The translations under genes were made by a program, and so were the position numbers. Below the pieces are notes generated by a model. It was not told the DNA's origin, ran no database searches, and saw only the letters and a list, made by a program, of their open reading frames with translations. DNA of 64,000 bases from Escherichia coli (GTDB lineage: Bacteria; Pseudomonadota; Gammaproteobacteria; Enterobacterales; Enterobacteriaceae). The DNA lies in assembly GCF_041248615.1 (NCBI RefSeq), contig NZ_CP158426.1; one strand, written 5' to 3'. Of this stretch, positions 1 through 13,796 are shown in pieces (positions within the stretch are counted from its first letter, which is position 1; every line of letters starts with the position of its first letter).

Positions 1-1
1 T

Positions 2-880
<879 letters not shown>

Positions 881-968
881 AATTTCATCGGGTCCGAATT
901 TTTGGACCTTTTCTCCGCTTTTCCTTGCTGTCATCTACACTTAGAAAAAAACCAGTAAGGAAACATTT

Positions 969-1502
969 ATGCGCCTGCTCCCTCTCGTTGCCGCAGCGAC
1001 AGCTGCATTTCTGGTCGTTGCCTGCAGTTCTCCTACGCCGCCCCGTGGCGTGACAGTAGTGAATAATTTCGATGCTAAACGCTATCTCGGTACCTGGTAT
1101 GAGATTGCCCGTTTTGATCACCGCTTTGAACGTGGACTGGAAAAAGTCACCGCAACATACAGCCTGCGGGATGACGGCGGCCTGAATGTCATTAATAAAG
1201 GCTATAACCCTGACAGAGAAATGTGGCAGCAGAGTGAAGGGAAAGCGTACTTTACCGGCGCACCAACTCGCGCTGCGCTGAAAGTGTCATTCTTTGGTCC
1301 TTTCTATGGCGGTTATAACGTTATTGCACTCGATCGGGAATACCGCCATGCGCTGGTTTGCGGCCCGGACCGCGACTACCTGTGGATACTCTCCCGCACG
1401 CCAACCATTTCTGACGAAGTGAAACAGGAGATGCTGGCAGTCGCGACCCGGGAAGGGTTTGATGTCAGTAAGTTTATTTGGGTACAGCAGCCCGGTAGTT
1501 AG
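969..1502 (+). CDS. blc: Outer-membrane lipocalin Blc
   Basis: 177-aa ORF with lipoprotein signal (LVVACSS) and lipocalin sequence; position next to ampC as in E. coli. Confidence 0.9.
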   Translation: MRLLPLVAAATAAFLVVACSSPTPPRGVTVVNNFDAKRYLGTWYEIARFDHRFERGLEKVTATYSLRDDGGLNVINKGYNPDREMWQQSEGKAYFTGAPTRAALKVSFFGPFYGGYNVIALDREYRHALVCGPDRDYLWILSRTPTISDEVKQEMLAVATREGFDVSKFIWVQQPGS

Positions 1503-1816
1503 TGAGTGCTGAGTTTCAGACCAATAATCCCCAATACGATTAACGCCAGACTCGCCAGGCGCATCGGGTTAGCGGACTCGCCGAGCAGCACAATGCCGGT
1601 GATGGCCGCGCCGACTGCGCCAATACCCGTCCACACGGCATAAGCCGTCCCTACTGGTAACGATTTCATCGCCCAGGCAAGTAGCGCCATACTGACAATC
1701 ATCGCCGTCACAGTAATAACACTTGGCGTCAAACGACTAAAGCCGTGGGTATATTTCAGGCCAACGGCCCATACCACTTCCAGCAGACCAGCAATAACTA
1801 AGATAATCCAGGACAT
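1499..1816 (-). CDS. gdx: Guanidinium exporter Gdx (SugE), SMR family
   Basis: ORF 1499..1879; recognised 105-aa protein begins at the internal ATG ([14 protein letters not shown]...), complement of cat at 1814-1816. Confidence 0.88.
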   Translation of the reverse strand: MSWIILVIAGLLEVVWAVGLKYTHGFSRLTPSVITVTAMIVSMALLAWAMKSLPVGTAYAVWTGIGAVGAAITGIVLLGESANPMRLASLALIVLGIIGLKLSTH

Positions 1817-1990
1817 ATCAGGCTCCGGAGAATTGGGGCCGTCCCCGGTGAAAAGAGGCGTTTGCAGGTCGTCCTGCAAAGCTGATGGTTGAACGGATAT
1901 TTTGCCAGGTGGCAGGGGAATTTCAACTATTACCTTTGTGACTATCGCAAAAAAACAAACGGCACGACATAACTGTCGTACCGTTATTGC

Positions 1991-2137
1991 TTACTGCTGC
2001 GCTTTCGTTGCTGCGCCAGAAATCGCGTTACCGCCATCAGAAATGTCTTCACCAACGCCACGCGTGGTGTTGCAGGCAGTTAATACTGTTGAAAGCACCA
2101 GAACAGAAAAGATCGCTGCAATTGTCTTCTTCACCAT
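1991..2137 (-). CDS. ecnB: Entericidin B small lipoprotein (48 aa)
   Basis: Hand translation of minus strand: [12 protein letters not shown]...AQQ*; below the ORF-track size cutoff; lipobox present. Confidence 0.8.
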
Positions 2138-2247
2138 AACGTCTTCCTTTTAGGTAATGTTATTTATGTTTGCCTATAGCAAATTAATAATAGACAACAT
2201 CACCAAAAATGATGGAAATCTGATGATTTTTCGGAAGAGAAGAAAAA

Positions 2248-2373
2248 TTAGCTGGCAGCGCGGGAGATGGAATTACCGAGATGTTTAATGTCTTCACCAA
2301 AACCGCGAGCGGTGTTACAGCCCGTGAGCAGCGCACTGGCAAGCAAAACAAGAACGATAAGGCGTTTCATCAT
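2248..2373 (-). CDS. ecnA: Entericidin A small lipoprotein (41 aa)
   Basis: Hand translation of minus strand: MMKRLIVLVLL...SRAAS*; not in ORF track; adjacent to ecnB. Confidence 0.8.
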   Translation of the reverse strand: MMKRLIVLVLLASALLTGCNTARGFGEDIKHLGNSISRAAS

Positions 2374-2424
2374 CTCTGACCTGAATAAGTGATGGTGCAG
2401 CCTGCAGGCCGCACCACAACCGCA

Positions 2425-2991
2425 TTACTTCACGCGAGAGACGTATTCACCAGAGCGGGTATCCACTTTGATGACTTCGCCGATTTGTACAAACAGCGGA
2501 ACTTTAACCACAGCGCCAGTAGACAGGGTAGCCGGTTTGCCGCCAGTACCTGCGGTATCACCTTTCAGGCCCGGATCGGTATCCACGATTTCCAGTTCAA
2601 CGAAGTTCGGCGGAGTAACGGAGATCGGCTGACCATTCCACAGAGTTACGATACACTCTGCCTGATCCAGCAGCCATTTAGCGTTGTCGCCAATTGCTTT
2701 TGCATCAGCAGACAGCTGCTCGAAAGTTTCGTTGTTCATGAAGTGCCAGAACTCACCGTCGTTGTACAGGTAAGTCAGGTTCATATCGACAACATCAGCG
2801 CCTTCAGCGGAATCAGTAGATTTGAAGGTTTTTTCTACGCGAGTACCGGTCAGCAGACGACGCAGTTTAACGCGAGCAAATGCCTGGCCTTTACCCGGTT
2901 TTACGAATTCACTCGCTTCAACCGCGTAAGGTTCGCCGTCTAACATGATTTTAAGACCAGCACGAAAATCGTTGCTATAGTACGTTGCCAT
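2425..2991 (-). CDS. efp: Translation elongation factor P
   Basis: 188-aa ORF, clear EF-P sequence ([22 protein letters not shown]...). Confidence 0.95.
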
Positions 2992-3032
2992 AAGGCCCTC
3001 TGAAATTTGTTAATTGGTAGCTAAGCCACAAA

Positions 3033-4061
3033 ATGGCGCATATTGTAACCCTAAATACCCCATCCAGAGAAGATTGGTTAACGCAACTTGCCGATGTTGT
3101 GACCGATCCTGATGAACTTCTGCGTCTTTTGAATATAGACGCGGACGAAAAACTGTTGGCCGGACGCAGCGCCAAAAAGCTGTTTGCCCTGCGTGTGCCC
3201 CGCTCATTTATCGATCGCATGGAGAAAGGCAATCCGAACGATCCGCTTTTGCGTCAGGTAATTACCTCGCAAGATGAGTTTGTCGTCGCGCCCGGATTCT
3301 CCACCGACCCGCTGGAAGAACAGCACAGCGTAGTGCCAGGTTTGTTGCATAAATACCACAACCGGGCGCTTTTGCTGGTCAAAGGCGGCTGCGCGGTAAA
3401 TTGCCGCTATTGCTTCCGTCGCCACTTCCCCTATGCCGAAAATCAGGGCAACAAGCGTAACTGGCAAACTGCACTTGAGTATGTTGCTGCGCATCCGGAA
3501 CTGGACGAGATGATTTTCTCCGGCGGCGATCCGCTGATGGCGAAAGATCACGAGCTGGACTGGTTGCTCACACAACTGGAAGCCATCCCGCATATCAAAC
3601 GTCTGCGGATTCACAGCCGTCTGCCGATTGTGATCCCGGCACGCATCACAGATGCGCTGGTTGAACACTTTTCACATTCTACGCTGCAAATCTTGCTGGT
3701 GAATCACATCAACCATGCCAATGAGGTAGATGAAACATTCCGTCAGGCGATGGCTAAGTTGCGCCGGGTAGGCGTTACTTTGCTGAACCAGAGCGTTCTG
3801 TTACGTGGTGTGAACGATAACGCGCAAACGCTGGCAAACCTGAGTAATGCGTTGTTCGATGCGGGCGTGATGCCGTATTACCTGCATGTGCTCGATAAAG
3901 TACAGGGCGCGGCGCATTTTATGGTGAGTGATGACGAAGCACGGCAGATTATGCGTGAGTTGCTGACACTGGTGTCGGGATATCTGGTGCCTAAACTGGC
4001 GCGAGAAATTGGCGGCGAACCCAGCAAAACGCCGCTGGATCTCCAGCTACGCCAGCAGTAA
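3033..4061 (+). CDS. epmB: EF-P beta-lysylation enzyme EpmB (lysine 2,3-aminomutase-like radical SAM protein)
   Basis: 342-aa ORF with CxxxCxxC radical-SAM motif (CAVNCRYC); divergent from efp. Confidence 0.93.
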   Translation: MAHIVTLNTPSREDWLTQLADVVTDPDELLRLLNIDADEKLLAGRSAKKLFALRVPRSFIDRMEKGNPNDPLLRQVITSQDEFVVAPGFSTDPLEEQHSVVPGLLHKYHNRALLLVKGGCAVNCRYCFRRHFPYAENQGNKRNWQTALEYVAAHPELDEMIFSGGDPLMAKDHELDWLLTQLEAIPHIKRLRIHSRLPIVIPARITDALVEHFSHSTLQILLVNHINHANEVDETFRQAMAKLRRVGVTLLNQSVLLRGVNDNAQTLANLSNALFDAGVMPYYLHVLDKVQGAAHFMVSDDEARQIMRELLTLVSGYLVPKLAREIGGEPSKTPLDLQLRQQ

Positions 4062-4295
4062 CTGATTAAACAGGGAAGTTTAATCTTTGCACGTTGCATA
4101 ACCTTTAATTATTCATATACATTGCTGTTATTACTTTTTATATAACCAACACCAATAATTAACCTTTCTTTTCTGTTTATATAGAGTGAGCACGGCTATT
4201 TATGTTATTTTAACAACTATTACTACCAAGCCCATTTATCTGGCTTATAAATTAAAATTAATTATTTAATTGAGAAATGGTTAGGGAGAACCTAC

Positions 4296-4364
4296 ATGGC
4301 CATAAGCATCAAGGGTGTTAATACCGGTGTTATTCGCAAGAGCAATAATTTCATTGCACTGGCG
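4296..4364 (+). pseudogene. yjeJ: yjeJ 5' fragment (first ~23 codons), separated from the rest of the gene by IS1
   Basis: ATG at 4296 then MAISIKGVNTGVIRKSNNFIALA; the frame continues after IS1 at 5133 (…LKIKEPRNKESLFFLSVMEL…). Confidence 0.7.
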
Positions 4365-4379
4365 GGTAATGACTCCAAC

Positions 4380-4883
4380 TTATTGATAGTGTTTTATGTT
4401 CAGATAATGCCCGATGACTTTGTCATGCAGCTCCACCGATTTTGAGAACGACAGCGACTTCCGTCCCAGCCGTGCCAGGTGCTGCCTCAGATTCAGGTTA
4501 TGCCGCTCAATTCGCTGCGTATATCGCTTGCTGATTACGTGCAGCTTTCCCTTCAGGCGGGATTCATACAGCGGCCAGCCATCCGTCATCCATATCACCA
4601 CGTCAAAGGGTGACAGCAGGCTCATAAGACGCCCCAGCGTCGCCATAGTGCGTTCACCGAATACGTGCGCAACAACCGTCTTCCGGAGCCTGTCATACGC
4701 GTAAAACAGCCAGCGCTGGCGCGATTTAGCCCCGACGTATCCCCACTGTTCGTCCATTTCCGCGCAGACGATGACGTCACTGCCCGGCTGTATGCGCGAG
4801 GTTACCGACTGCGGCCTGAGTTTTTTAAATGGCGGAAAATCGTGTTGAGGCCAACGCCCATAATGCGGGCGGTTGCCCGGCAT
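4380..4883 (-). CDS. insB: IS1 transposase InsB (expressed as InsAB' fusion by -1 frameshift)
   Basis: 167-aa ORF matching IS1 InsB. Confidence 0.9.
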   Translation of the reverse strand: MPGNRPHYGRWPQHDFPPFKKLRPQSVTSRIQPGSDVIVCAEMDEQWGYVGAKSRQRWLFYAYDRLRKTVVAHVFGERTMATLGRLMSLLSPFDVVIWMTDGWPLYESRLKGKLHVISKRYTQRIERHNLNLRQHLARLGRKSLSFSKSVELHDKVIGHYLNIKHYQ

Positions 4884-5077
4884 CCAACGCCATTCATGGC
4901 CATATCAATGATTTTCTGGTGCGTACCGGGTTGAGAAGCGGTGTAAGTGAACTGCAGTTGCCATGTTTTACGGCAGTGAGAGCAGAGATAGCGCTGATGT
5001 CCGGCAGTGCTTTTGCCGTTACGCACCACCCCGTCAGTAGCTGAACAGGAGGGACAGCTGATAGAAACAGAAGCCAC
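4802..5077 (-). CDS. insA: IS1 InsA repressor/transposase N-terminal protein
   Basis: 91-aa [46 protein letters not shown]… matches IS1 InsA. Confidence 0.9.
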   Translation of the reverse strand: MASVSISCPSCSATDGVVRNGKSTAGHQRYLCSHCRKTWQLQFTYTASQPGTHQKIIDMAMNGVGCRATARIMGVGLNTIFRHLKNSGRSR

Positions 5078-5132
5078 TGGAGCACCTCAAAAACACCATC
5101 ATACACTAAATCAGTAAGTTGGCAGCATCACC

Positions 5133-5942
5133 GCACTGGCGCTGAAAATTAAAGAGCCTCGCAATAAAGAATCGTTGTTCTTTCTGTCTGTCATGGAACT
5201 GCGCGACCTTCTGATTGCGCTGGAAAGCCGTTTGCATCAAAAGCATAAACTGGATGCTGCTGCACGCCTTCAGTATGAGCAAGCTCGCGATAAAGTCATT
5301 AAGAAAATGGCAGAAAATATCCCAGAAATTCTGGTTGATGAGCTTAAAAATGCCGATATTAATCGTCGGGTTAACACGCTGGAACTTACCGATAATCAGG
5401 GTGAAAATCTTACCTTCGTATTAACGCTACATGACGGTAGCAAATGTGAATTAGTCATCAATGAATTGCAGATTGAAATGCTGGCGCGAGCAATCATTCA
5501 TGCAATTAATAATGCGGAAATGCGTGAACTGGCATTACGTATTACCTCACTGTTAGATTTCCTACCGTTATACGATGTTGACTGCCAGGACAATGGCAAT
5601 CTGGAATATGACACCTATTCCCAACCGGAATGGAAACATAACTTGTTCAACCATTATCTGGCGGTGCTTTACCGCTTTAAAGATGAAAGTGGCAAAGAAC
5701 AATTTAGCGGCGCAGTGGTGAAAACGCGTGAAGCAACGCCGGGTAAAGAAGTGGAGGCGATCACTCGACGAATGCTTGATTTCAGCCCACGACTGAAAAA
5801 ACTCGCGGGTGTACCATGTCAGGTCTATGTTCGCACCGTAGCGGCAAATAACGCCCAACCGCTAACCCAGGATCAATGCTTACGCGCGCTACATCACTTA
5901 CGTGTTCAATCCACCAGCAAAACTGCACCACAGGCGAAATAA
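5133..5942 (+). pseudogene. yjeJ: yjeJ 3' portion (about 266 codons) downstream of the IS1 insertion
   Basis: Frame continuous with the 4296..4364 fragment once IS1 and one copy of the 9-bp duplication are removed; ORF track shows only 5175..5942. Confidence 0.7.
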
Positions 5943-5991
5943 TCCCATCTGTTTTACTACGAGGCTGGAAGTATCCAGCCTCTGGATCCCA

Positions 5992-6345
5992 TCAGTTCGG
6001 GCACTTATATACCTGGCCGATAATCTGGCTATCCGTCGGGACAAAACTGGACAACATCCCCTGCGACGGGCTGCTGATGCCATAAATCACGTTACCGCCC
6101 ATTGCAGCAGCCTGGTTGCGCAGATCGTTTGCTGCGCCGCGCATAGAACCGCCCTCTTCACCGTGTTGCCCGGAAAGCCAGTTGCTTTGCTTACCTGTCG
6201 CAGTACCAATCAGCTGGCACTCTGCGCCTGGCTGCTCGTCCACAATGCGTACACTCTGACCGGCAGCACTCAATTCGTTGCTGGAGCTACAACCCGCCAT
6301 CAGTAGCGCGGCACCGACAATCCCTGCTAAGTATTTTACGTGCAT
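5992..6345 (-). CDS. yjeI: Lipoprotein YjeI (DUF4156)
   Basis: ORF 5992..6378; recognised protein starts at internal ATG (MHVKYLAGIVGAALLMAGCSS, lipobox). Confidence 0.8.
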   Translation of the reverse strand: MHVKYLAGIVGAALLMAGCSSSNELSAAGQSVRIVDEQPGAECQLIGTATGKQSNWLSGQHGEEGGSMRGAANDLRNQAAAMGGNVIYGISSPSQGMLSSFVPTDSQIIGQVYKCPN

Positions 6346-6482
6346 GTTATTCCCCATAATCAATGAGCTGGACGCCACTCGCGTCGTCCGTGTCTGAATC
6401 TTATACTAGAAAGATGACCAAAAGAAAAACCCCCAGACATTTCTGCCCGGGGGTTTGTTTATTTCTGCGAGGTGCAGGGCAA

Positions 6483-8141
<1,659 letters not shown>

Positions 8142-8172
8142 TTAAATTCGTATGTTCAGTGTCGTGCGCGGA

Positions 8173-8517
<345 letters not shown>

Positions 8518-8544
8518 TTACGTGGTTTCCCGGCTGGTGACCAG

Positions 8545-8580
8545 AGAAATGGGGATGAGGCTTCGCCCCTTCAAGGGGGA
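8545..8580 (-). promoter_or_regulatory. Sigma-32 heat-shock promoter of groSL (-35 CTTGAA, -10 CCCCATTT on minus strand)
   Basis: Reverse complement of 8548-8577 reads cccCTTGAAggggcgaagcctcatCCCCATTT, matching the sigma-32 consensus. Confidence 0.75.
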
Positions 8581-8741
8581 AAAAGAAAAAAAATTCTGAT
8601 CAGCACAAAATCGGGTGAAAACCCTGATTCACCTCACATTTCATCGCAATTTCTTCATCACCGTCATAAGCGAATCTGATTGTGCTACCATCGAAAATCT
8701 ACGCAGTTGCCCATAATTTGGGCGCAATCGGACATCAACCC

Positions 8742-9998
8742 ATGAGTGGACTCAAACAAGAACTGGGGCTGGCCCAGGGCATTGGCCTGCTATCGACGTC
8801 ATTATTAGGCACCGGCGTGTTTGCCGTTCCTGCGTTAGCTGCACTGGTAGCAGGCAATAACAGCCTGTGGGCGTGGCCCGTTTTGATTATCTTAGTGTTC
8901 CCGATTGCGATTGTGTTTGCGATTCTGGGTCGCCACTATCCCAGCGCAGGCGGTGTCGCGCACTTCGTCGGTATGGCGTTTGGTTCGCGGCTTGAGCGAG
9001 TCACCGGCTGGTTGTTTTTATCGGTCATTCCCGTGGGTTTGCCTGCCGCGTTACAAATTGCTGCCGGGTTCGGCCAGGCAATGTTTGGCTGGCATAGCTG
9101 GCAACTGTTGTTGGCAGAACTCGGTACGCTGGCGCTGGTGTGGTATATCGGTACTCGCGGTGCCAGTTCCAGTGCTAATCTACAAACAGTTATTGCCGGA
9201 CTTATCGTCGCGCTGATTGTCGCTATCTGGTGGGCGGGCGATATCAAACCTGCGAGTATCCCCTTCCCTGCACCTGGTAATATCGAACTTACCGGGTTAT
9301 TTGCTGCGTTATCAGTGATGTTCTGGTGCTTTGTCGGTCTGGAAGCATTTGCCCATCTTGCCTCGGAATTTAAAAATCCAGAGCGTGATTTTCCTCGTGC
9401 TTTGATGATTGGTCTGCTGCTGGCAGGATTAGTCTACTGGGGCTGTACGGTAGTCGTCTTACACTTCGACGCCTATGGTGAACAAATGGCGGCAGCAGCA
9501 TCGCTTCCAAAAATTGTAGTGCAACTGTTCGGTGTAGGAGCGTTATGGATTGCCTGCGTGATTGGCTATCTGGCCTGCTTTGCCAGTCTCAACATTTATA
9601 TACAGAGCTTCGCCCGCCTGGTCTGGTCGCAGGCGCAACATAATCCTGACCACTACCTGGCACGCCTCTCTTCTCGTCATATCCCGAATAATGCCCTCAA
9701 TGCGGTACTCGGCTGCTGCGTGGTGAGCACGTTGGTGATTCATGCTTTAGAGATCAATCTGGACGCTCTTATTATTTATGCCAATGGCATCTTTATTATG
9801 ATTTATCTGTTATGCATGCTGGCAGGTTGTAAATTATTGCAAGGACGTTATCGACTACTGGCGGTGGTTGGCGGGCTGTTATGCGTTCTGTTACTGGCAA
9901 TGGTCGGCTGGAAAAGTCTCTATGCGCTGATCATGCTGGCGGGGTTATGGCTGTTTCTGCCAAAACGAAAAACGCCGGAAAATGGCATAACCACATAA
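8742..9998 (+). CDS. yjeH: Amino-acid exporter YjeH (APC superfamily)
   Basis: ORF 8682..9998; recognised 418-aa protein starts at ATG 8742 (MSGLKQELGLAQGIGLL…). Confidence 0.88.
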   Translation: MSGLKQELGLAQGIGLLSTSLLGTGVFAVPALAALVAGNNSLWAWPVLIILVFPIAIVFAILGRHYPSAGGVAHFVGMAFGSRLERVTGWLFLSVIPVGLPAALQIAAGFGQAMFGWHSWQLLLAELGTLALVWYIGTRGASSSANLQTVIAGLIVALIVAIWWAGDIKPASIPFPAPGNIELTGLFAALSVMFWCFVGLEAFAHLASEFKNPERDFPRALMIGLLLAGLVYWGCTVVVLHFDAYGEQMAAAASLPKIVVQLFGVGALWIACVIGYLACFASLNIYIQSFARLVWSQAQHNPDHYLARLSSRHIPNNALNAVLGCCVVSTLVIHALEINLDALIIYANGIFIMIYLLCMLAGCKLLQGRYRLLAVVGGLLCVLLLAMVGWKSLYALIMLAGLWLFLPKRKTPENGITT

Positions 9999-10013
9999 TC
10001 CGGCGTTTCGACA

Positions 10014-10490
10014 TTAATCCTGGCGATCGTCTTTATGATCAAGGCGGTCGCGGTCATCATCCTTTCGCTGGTACTCACCATCAAAAGTATTACCGCCACC
10101 GGTCCCGGCGCTAAAACCGCCGCCTGGCATGCGAGAAAAGCGCAAATGCGGCATCAACTTCACTGTCAGATGCTTTTGCACCGGCGGCAATAAAAGCAGA
10201 AGACCGAGGAAGTCGGTAAAAAAGCCCGGTAATAAAAGCAGCAAACCAGCAATGATCAGCGAAACACTTTTAATCATCTCCGCCGCTGGGTTTTCACCCG
10301 CCGCCATTTTTTGCTGCATCAGCACGAAATTCTTAAAGCCCTGGTTGCGTACCAGTGACATACCGATAACTGACGTGAATATAACCAGCACGAGGGTCAG
10401 CAATACCCCCAATACATGGGCAACCTGAATAAAGATTGAAATCTCAATATAGACATAAAGAAAAATGGCAATAAAAGGTAACCAGCGCAA
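10014..10490 (-). CDS. fxsA: Inner-membrane protein FxsA
   Basis: 158-aa ORF with FxsA sequence and acidic C-terminal tail. Confidence 0.88.
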   Translation of the reverse strand: MRWLPFIAIFLYVYIEISIFIQVAHVLGVLLTLVLVIFTSVIGMSLVRNQGFKNFVLMQQKMAAGENPAAEMIKSVSLIIAGLLLLLPGFFTDFLGLLLLLPPVQKHLTVKLMPHLRFSRMPGGGFSAGTGGGNTFDGEYQRKDDDRDRLDHKDDRQD

Positions 10491-10622
10491 AGGTTTCTCC
10501 TGTAATAGCAGCCGGTTAAACCCGGCTACCTGAATGGGTTGCGAATCGCGTTCAGCTTATATTGTGGTCATTAGCAAAATTTCAAGATGTTTGCGCAACT
10601 ATTTTTGGTAGTAATCCCAAAG

Positions 10623-10638
10623 CGGTGATCTATTTCAC
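10623..10638. promoter_or_regulatory. CRP/FNR-type palindromic site (gGTGAtctattTCACA) in the fxsA-aspA divergent region
   Basis: 16-bp near-palindrome read directly, about 190 bp upstream of aspA; aspA is known to be under CRP/FNR control. Confidence 0.35.
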
Positions 10639-10826
10639 AAATTAATAATTAAGGGGTAAAAACCGACACTTAAAGTGATCCAGATTACGGTAGAAATCCT
10701 CAAGCAGCATATGATCTCGGGTATTCGGTCGATGCAGGGGATAATCGTCGGTCGAAAAACATTCGAAACCACATATATTCTGTGTGTTTAAAGCAAATCA
10801 TTGGCAGCTTGAAAAAGAAGGTTCAC

Positions 10827-12263
10827 ATGTCAAACAACATTCGTATCGAAGAAGATCTGTTGGGTACCAGGGAAGTTCCAGCTGATGCCTACTATGGTGT
10901 TCACACTCTGAGAGCGATTGAAAACTTCTATATCAGCAACAACAAAATCAGTGATATTCCTGAATTTGTTCGCGGTATGGTAATGGTTAAAAAAGCCGCA
11001 GCTATGGCAAACAAAGAGCTGCAAACCATTCCTAAAAGTGTAGCGAATGCCATCATTGCCGCATGTGATGAAGTCCTGAACAACGGAAAATGCATGGATC
11101 AGTTCCCGGTAGACGTCTACCAGGGCGGCGCAGGTACTTCCGTAAACATGAACACCAACGAAGTGCTGGCCAATATCGGTCTGGAACTGATGGGTCACCA
11201 GAAAGGTGAATATCAGTACCTGAACCCGAACGACCATGTTAACAAATGTCAGTCCACTAACGACGCCTACCCGACCGGTTTCCGTATCGCAGTTTACTCT
11301 TCCCTGATTAAGCTGGTAGATGCGATTAACCAACTGCGTGAAGGCTTTGAACGTAAAGCTGTCGAATTCCAGGACATCCTGAAAATGGGTCGTACCCAGC
11401 TGCAGGACGCAGTACCGATGACCCTCGGTCAGGAATTCCGCGCTTTCAGCATCCTGCTGAAAGAAGAAGTGAAAAATATCCAACGTACCGCTGAACTGCT
11501 GCTGGAAGTTAACCTTGGCGCAACAGCAATCGGTACTGGTCTGAACACGCCGAAAGAGTACTCTCCGCTGGCAGTGAAAAAACTGGCTGAAGTCACTGGC
11601 TTCCCATGCGTACCGGCTGAAGACCTGATCGAAGCGACCTCTGACTGCGGCGCTTATGTTATGGTTCACGGCGCGCTGAAACGCCTGGCTGTGAAGATGT
11701 CCAAAATCTGTAACGACCTGCGCTTGCTCTCTTCTGGCCCACGTGCCGGCCTGAACGAGATCAACCTGCCGGAACTGCAGGCGGGCTCTTCCATCATGCC
11801 AGCTAAAGTAAACCCGGTTGTTCCGGAAGTGGTTAACCAGGTATGCTTCAAAGTCATCGGTAACGACACCACTGTTACCATGGCCGCAGAAGCAGGTCAG
11901 CTGCAGTTGAACGTTATGGAGCCGGTCATTGGCCAGGCCATGTTTGAATCCGTTCACATTCTGACCAACGCTTGCTACAACCTGCTGGAAAAATGCATTA
12001 ACGGCATCACTGCTAACAAAGAAGTGTGCGAAGGTTACGTTTACAACTCTATCGGTATCGTTACTTACCTGAACCCGTTCATCGGTCACCACAACGGTGA
12101 CATCGTGGGTAAAATCTGTGCCGAAACCGGTAAGAGTGTACGTGAAGTCGTTCTGGAACGCGGTCTGTTGACTGAAGCGGAACTTGACGATATTTTCTCC
12201 GTACAGAATCTGATGCACCCGGCTTACAAAGCAAAACGCTATACTGATGAAAGCGAACAGTAA
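10827..12263 (+). CDS. aspA: Aspartate ammonia-lyase (aspartase)
   Basis: ORF 10782..12263; recognised 478-aa protein starts at ATG 10827 ([24 protein letters not shown]…); fumarase/aspartase signature [10 protein letters not shown]. Confidence 0.95.
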
Positions 12264-12288
12264 TCGTACAGGGTAGTACAAATAAAGA

Positions 12289-12316
12289 AGGCACGTCAGA
12301 TGACGTGCCTTTTTTC
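12289..12316 (+). terminator. Rho-independent terminator downstream of aspA
   Basis: Perfect stem aggcacgtca / tgacgtgcct followed by tttttt. Confidence 0.7.
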
Positions 12317-12380
12317 TTGTGAGCAGTAACTTAAAAATAACAATCCAATATCAACTTGTTAAAAAACAAGGAAGGCTAAT

Positions 12381-13682
12381 ATGCTAGTTGTAGAACTCAT
12401 CATAGTTTTGCTGGCGATCTTCTTGGGCGCCAGATTGGGGGGAATAGGTATTGGTTTTGCAGGCGGATTGGGGGTGCTGGTTCTTGCCGCTATTGGCGTT
12501 AAACCCGGTAACATCCCGTTCGATGTCATTTCCATTATCATGGCGGTTATCGCCGCTATTTCTGCCATGCAGGTTGCTGGCGGTCTGGACTATCTGGTTC
12601 ATCAGACAGAAAAGCTGCTGCGCCGTAACCCGAAATACATCACGATCCTCGCGCCGATCGTGACCTATTTCCTGACAATCTTTGCTGGTACTGGCAACAT
12701 CTCTCTGGCGACACTGCCAGTTATCGCTGAAGTTGCGAAGGAACAAGGCGTCAAACCTTGCCGTCCGCTGTCTACTGCAGTGGTATCCGCGCAGATTGCG
12801 ATCACCGCATCGCCAATCTCAGCAGCAGTGGTTTACATGTCTTCCGTAATGGAAGGTCATGGCATCAGCTACCTCCATCTGCTCTCCGTGGTCATCCCGT
12901 CCACCCTGCTGGCGGTTCTGGTGATGTCCTTCCTGGTCACTATGCTGTTCAACTCCAAACTCTCTGACGATCCGATTTATCGCAAGCGTCTGGAAGAAGG
13001 CCTGGTTGAACTGCGCGGTGAAAAGCAGATTGAAATCAAATCCGGTGCAAAAACGTCCGTCTGGCTATTCCTGCTGGGCGTAGTTGGCGTGGTTATCTAT
13101 GCAATCATCAACAGCCCAAGCATGGGTCTGGTTGAAAAACCGCTGATGAACACCACCAACGCAATCCTGATCATCATGCTCAGCGTTGCAACTCTGACCA
13201 CCGTTATCTGTAAAGTCGATACCGACAACATCCTCAACTCCAGCACCTTCAAAGCAGGTATGAGCGCCTGTATTTGTATCCTGGGTGTTGCGTGGCTGGG
13301 CGATACTTTCGTTTCCAACAACATCGACTGGATCAAAGATACCGCTGGTGAAGTGATTCAGGGTCATCCGTGGCTGCTGGCCGTCATCTTCTTCTTTGCT
13401 TCTGCTCTGCTGTACTCTCAGGCTGCAACCGCAAAAGCACTGATGCCGATGGCTCTGGCACTGAACGTTTCTCCGCTGACCGCTGTTGCTTCTTTCGCTG
13501 CGGTGTCAGGTCTGTTCATTCTGCCGACCTACCCGACGCTGGTTGCTGCGGTACAGATGGATGACACGGGTACAACCCGTATCGGTAAATTCGTCTTCAA
13601 CCATCCGTTCTTCATCCCGGGTACTCTGGGTGTTGCCCTGGCCGTTTGCTTCGGCTTCGTGCTGGGTAGCTTCATGCTGTAA
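12381..13682 (+). CDS. dcuA: Anaerobic C4-dicarboxylate transporter DcuA
   Basis: 433-aa ORF MLVVELIIVLLAIFLGARLGG…; downstream of aspA. Confidence 0.95.
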   Translation: MLVVELIIVLLAIFLGARLGGIGIGFAGGLGVLVLAAIGVKPGNIPFDVISIIMAVIAAISAMQVAGGLDYLVHQTEKLLRRNPKYITILAPIVTYFLTIFAGTGNISLATLPVIAEVAKEQGVKPCRPLSTAVVSAQIAITASPISAAVVYMSSVMEGHGISYLHLLSVVIPSTLLAVLVMSFLVTMLFNSKLSDDPIYRKRLEEGLVELRGEKQIEIKSGAKTSVWLFLLGVVGVVIYAIINSPSMGLVEKPLMNTTNAILIIMLSVATLTTVICKVDTDNILNSSTFKAGMSACICILGVAWLGDTFVSNNIDWIKDTAGEVIQGHPWLLAVIFFFASALLYSQAATAKALMPMALALNVSPLTAVASFAAVSGLFILPTYPTLVAAVQMDDTGTTRIGKFVFNHPFFIPGTLGVALAVCFGFVLGSFML

Positions 13683-13691
13683 TGATCAATC

Positions 13692-13718
13692 GCGGGGCTT
13701 CAGGCCCCGCTTTCTTTC
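13692..13718 (+). terminator. Rho-independent terminator downstream of dcuA
   Basis: gcggggc-ttca-ggccccgc stem-loop followed by a T-run. Confidence 0.65.
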
Positions 13719-13796
13719 CCGCCGACTAACATCCTTCCCCCGTCCGTTGTATAGTGACCTCTCTCTTGCGGTTCCATCTGTTCTTGCGAGGTGTTT

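Larger units (their letters stand above)
4365..5132 (-). mobile_element. IS1 insertion sequence, complete 768 bp, flanked by 9-bp direct repeat gcactggcg (4356-4364 and 5133-5141)
   Basis: Termini ggtaatgactccaacttattgat… and …cagtaagttggcagcatcacc read directly; InsA and InsB ORFs inside; exact 768 bp length. Confidence 0.93.

Noticed and set aside
10509-10530. Hairpin agccggttaaacccggct just upstream of the fxsA start codon, as a possible terminator
   Set aside because: It lies in a divergent promoter region with no upstream gene to terminate on either strand and has no T-run; function undetermined.
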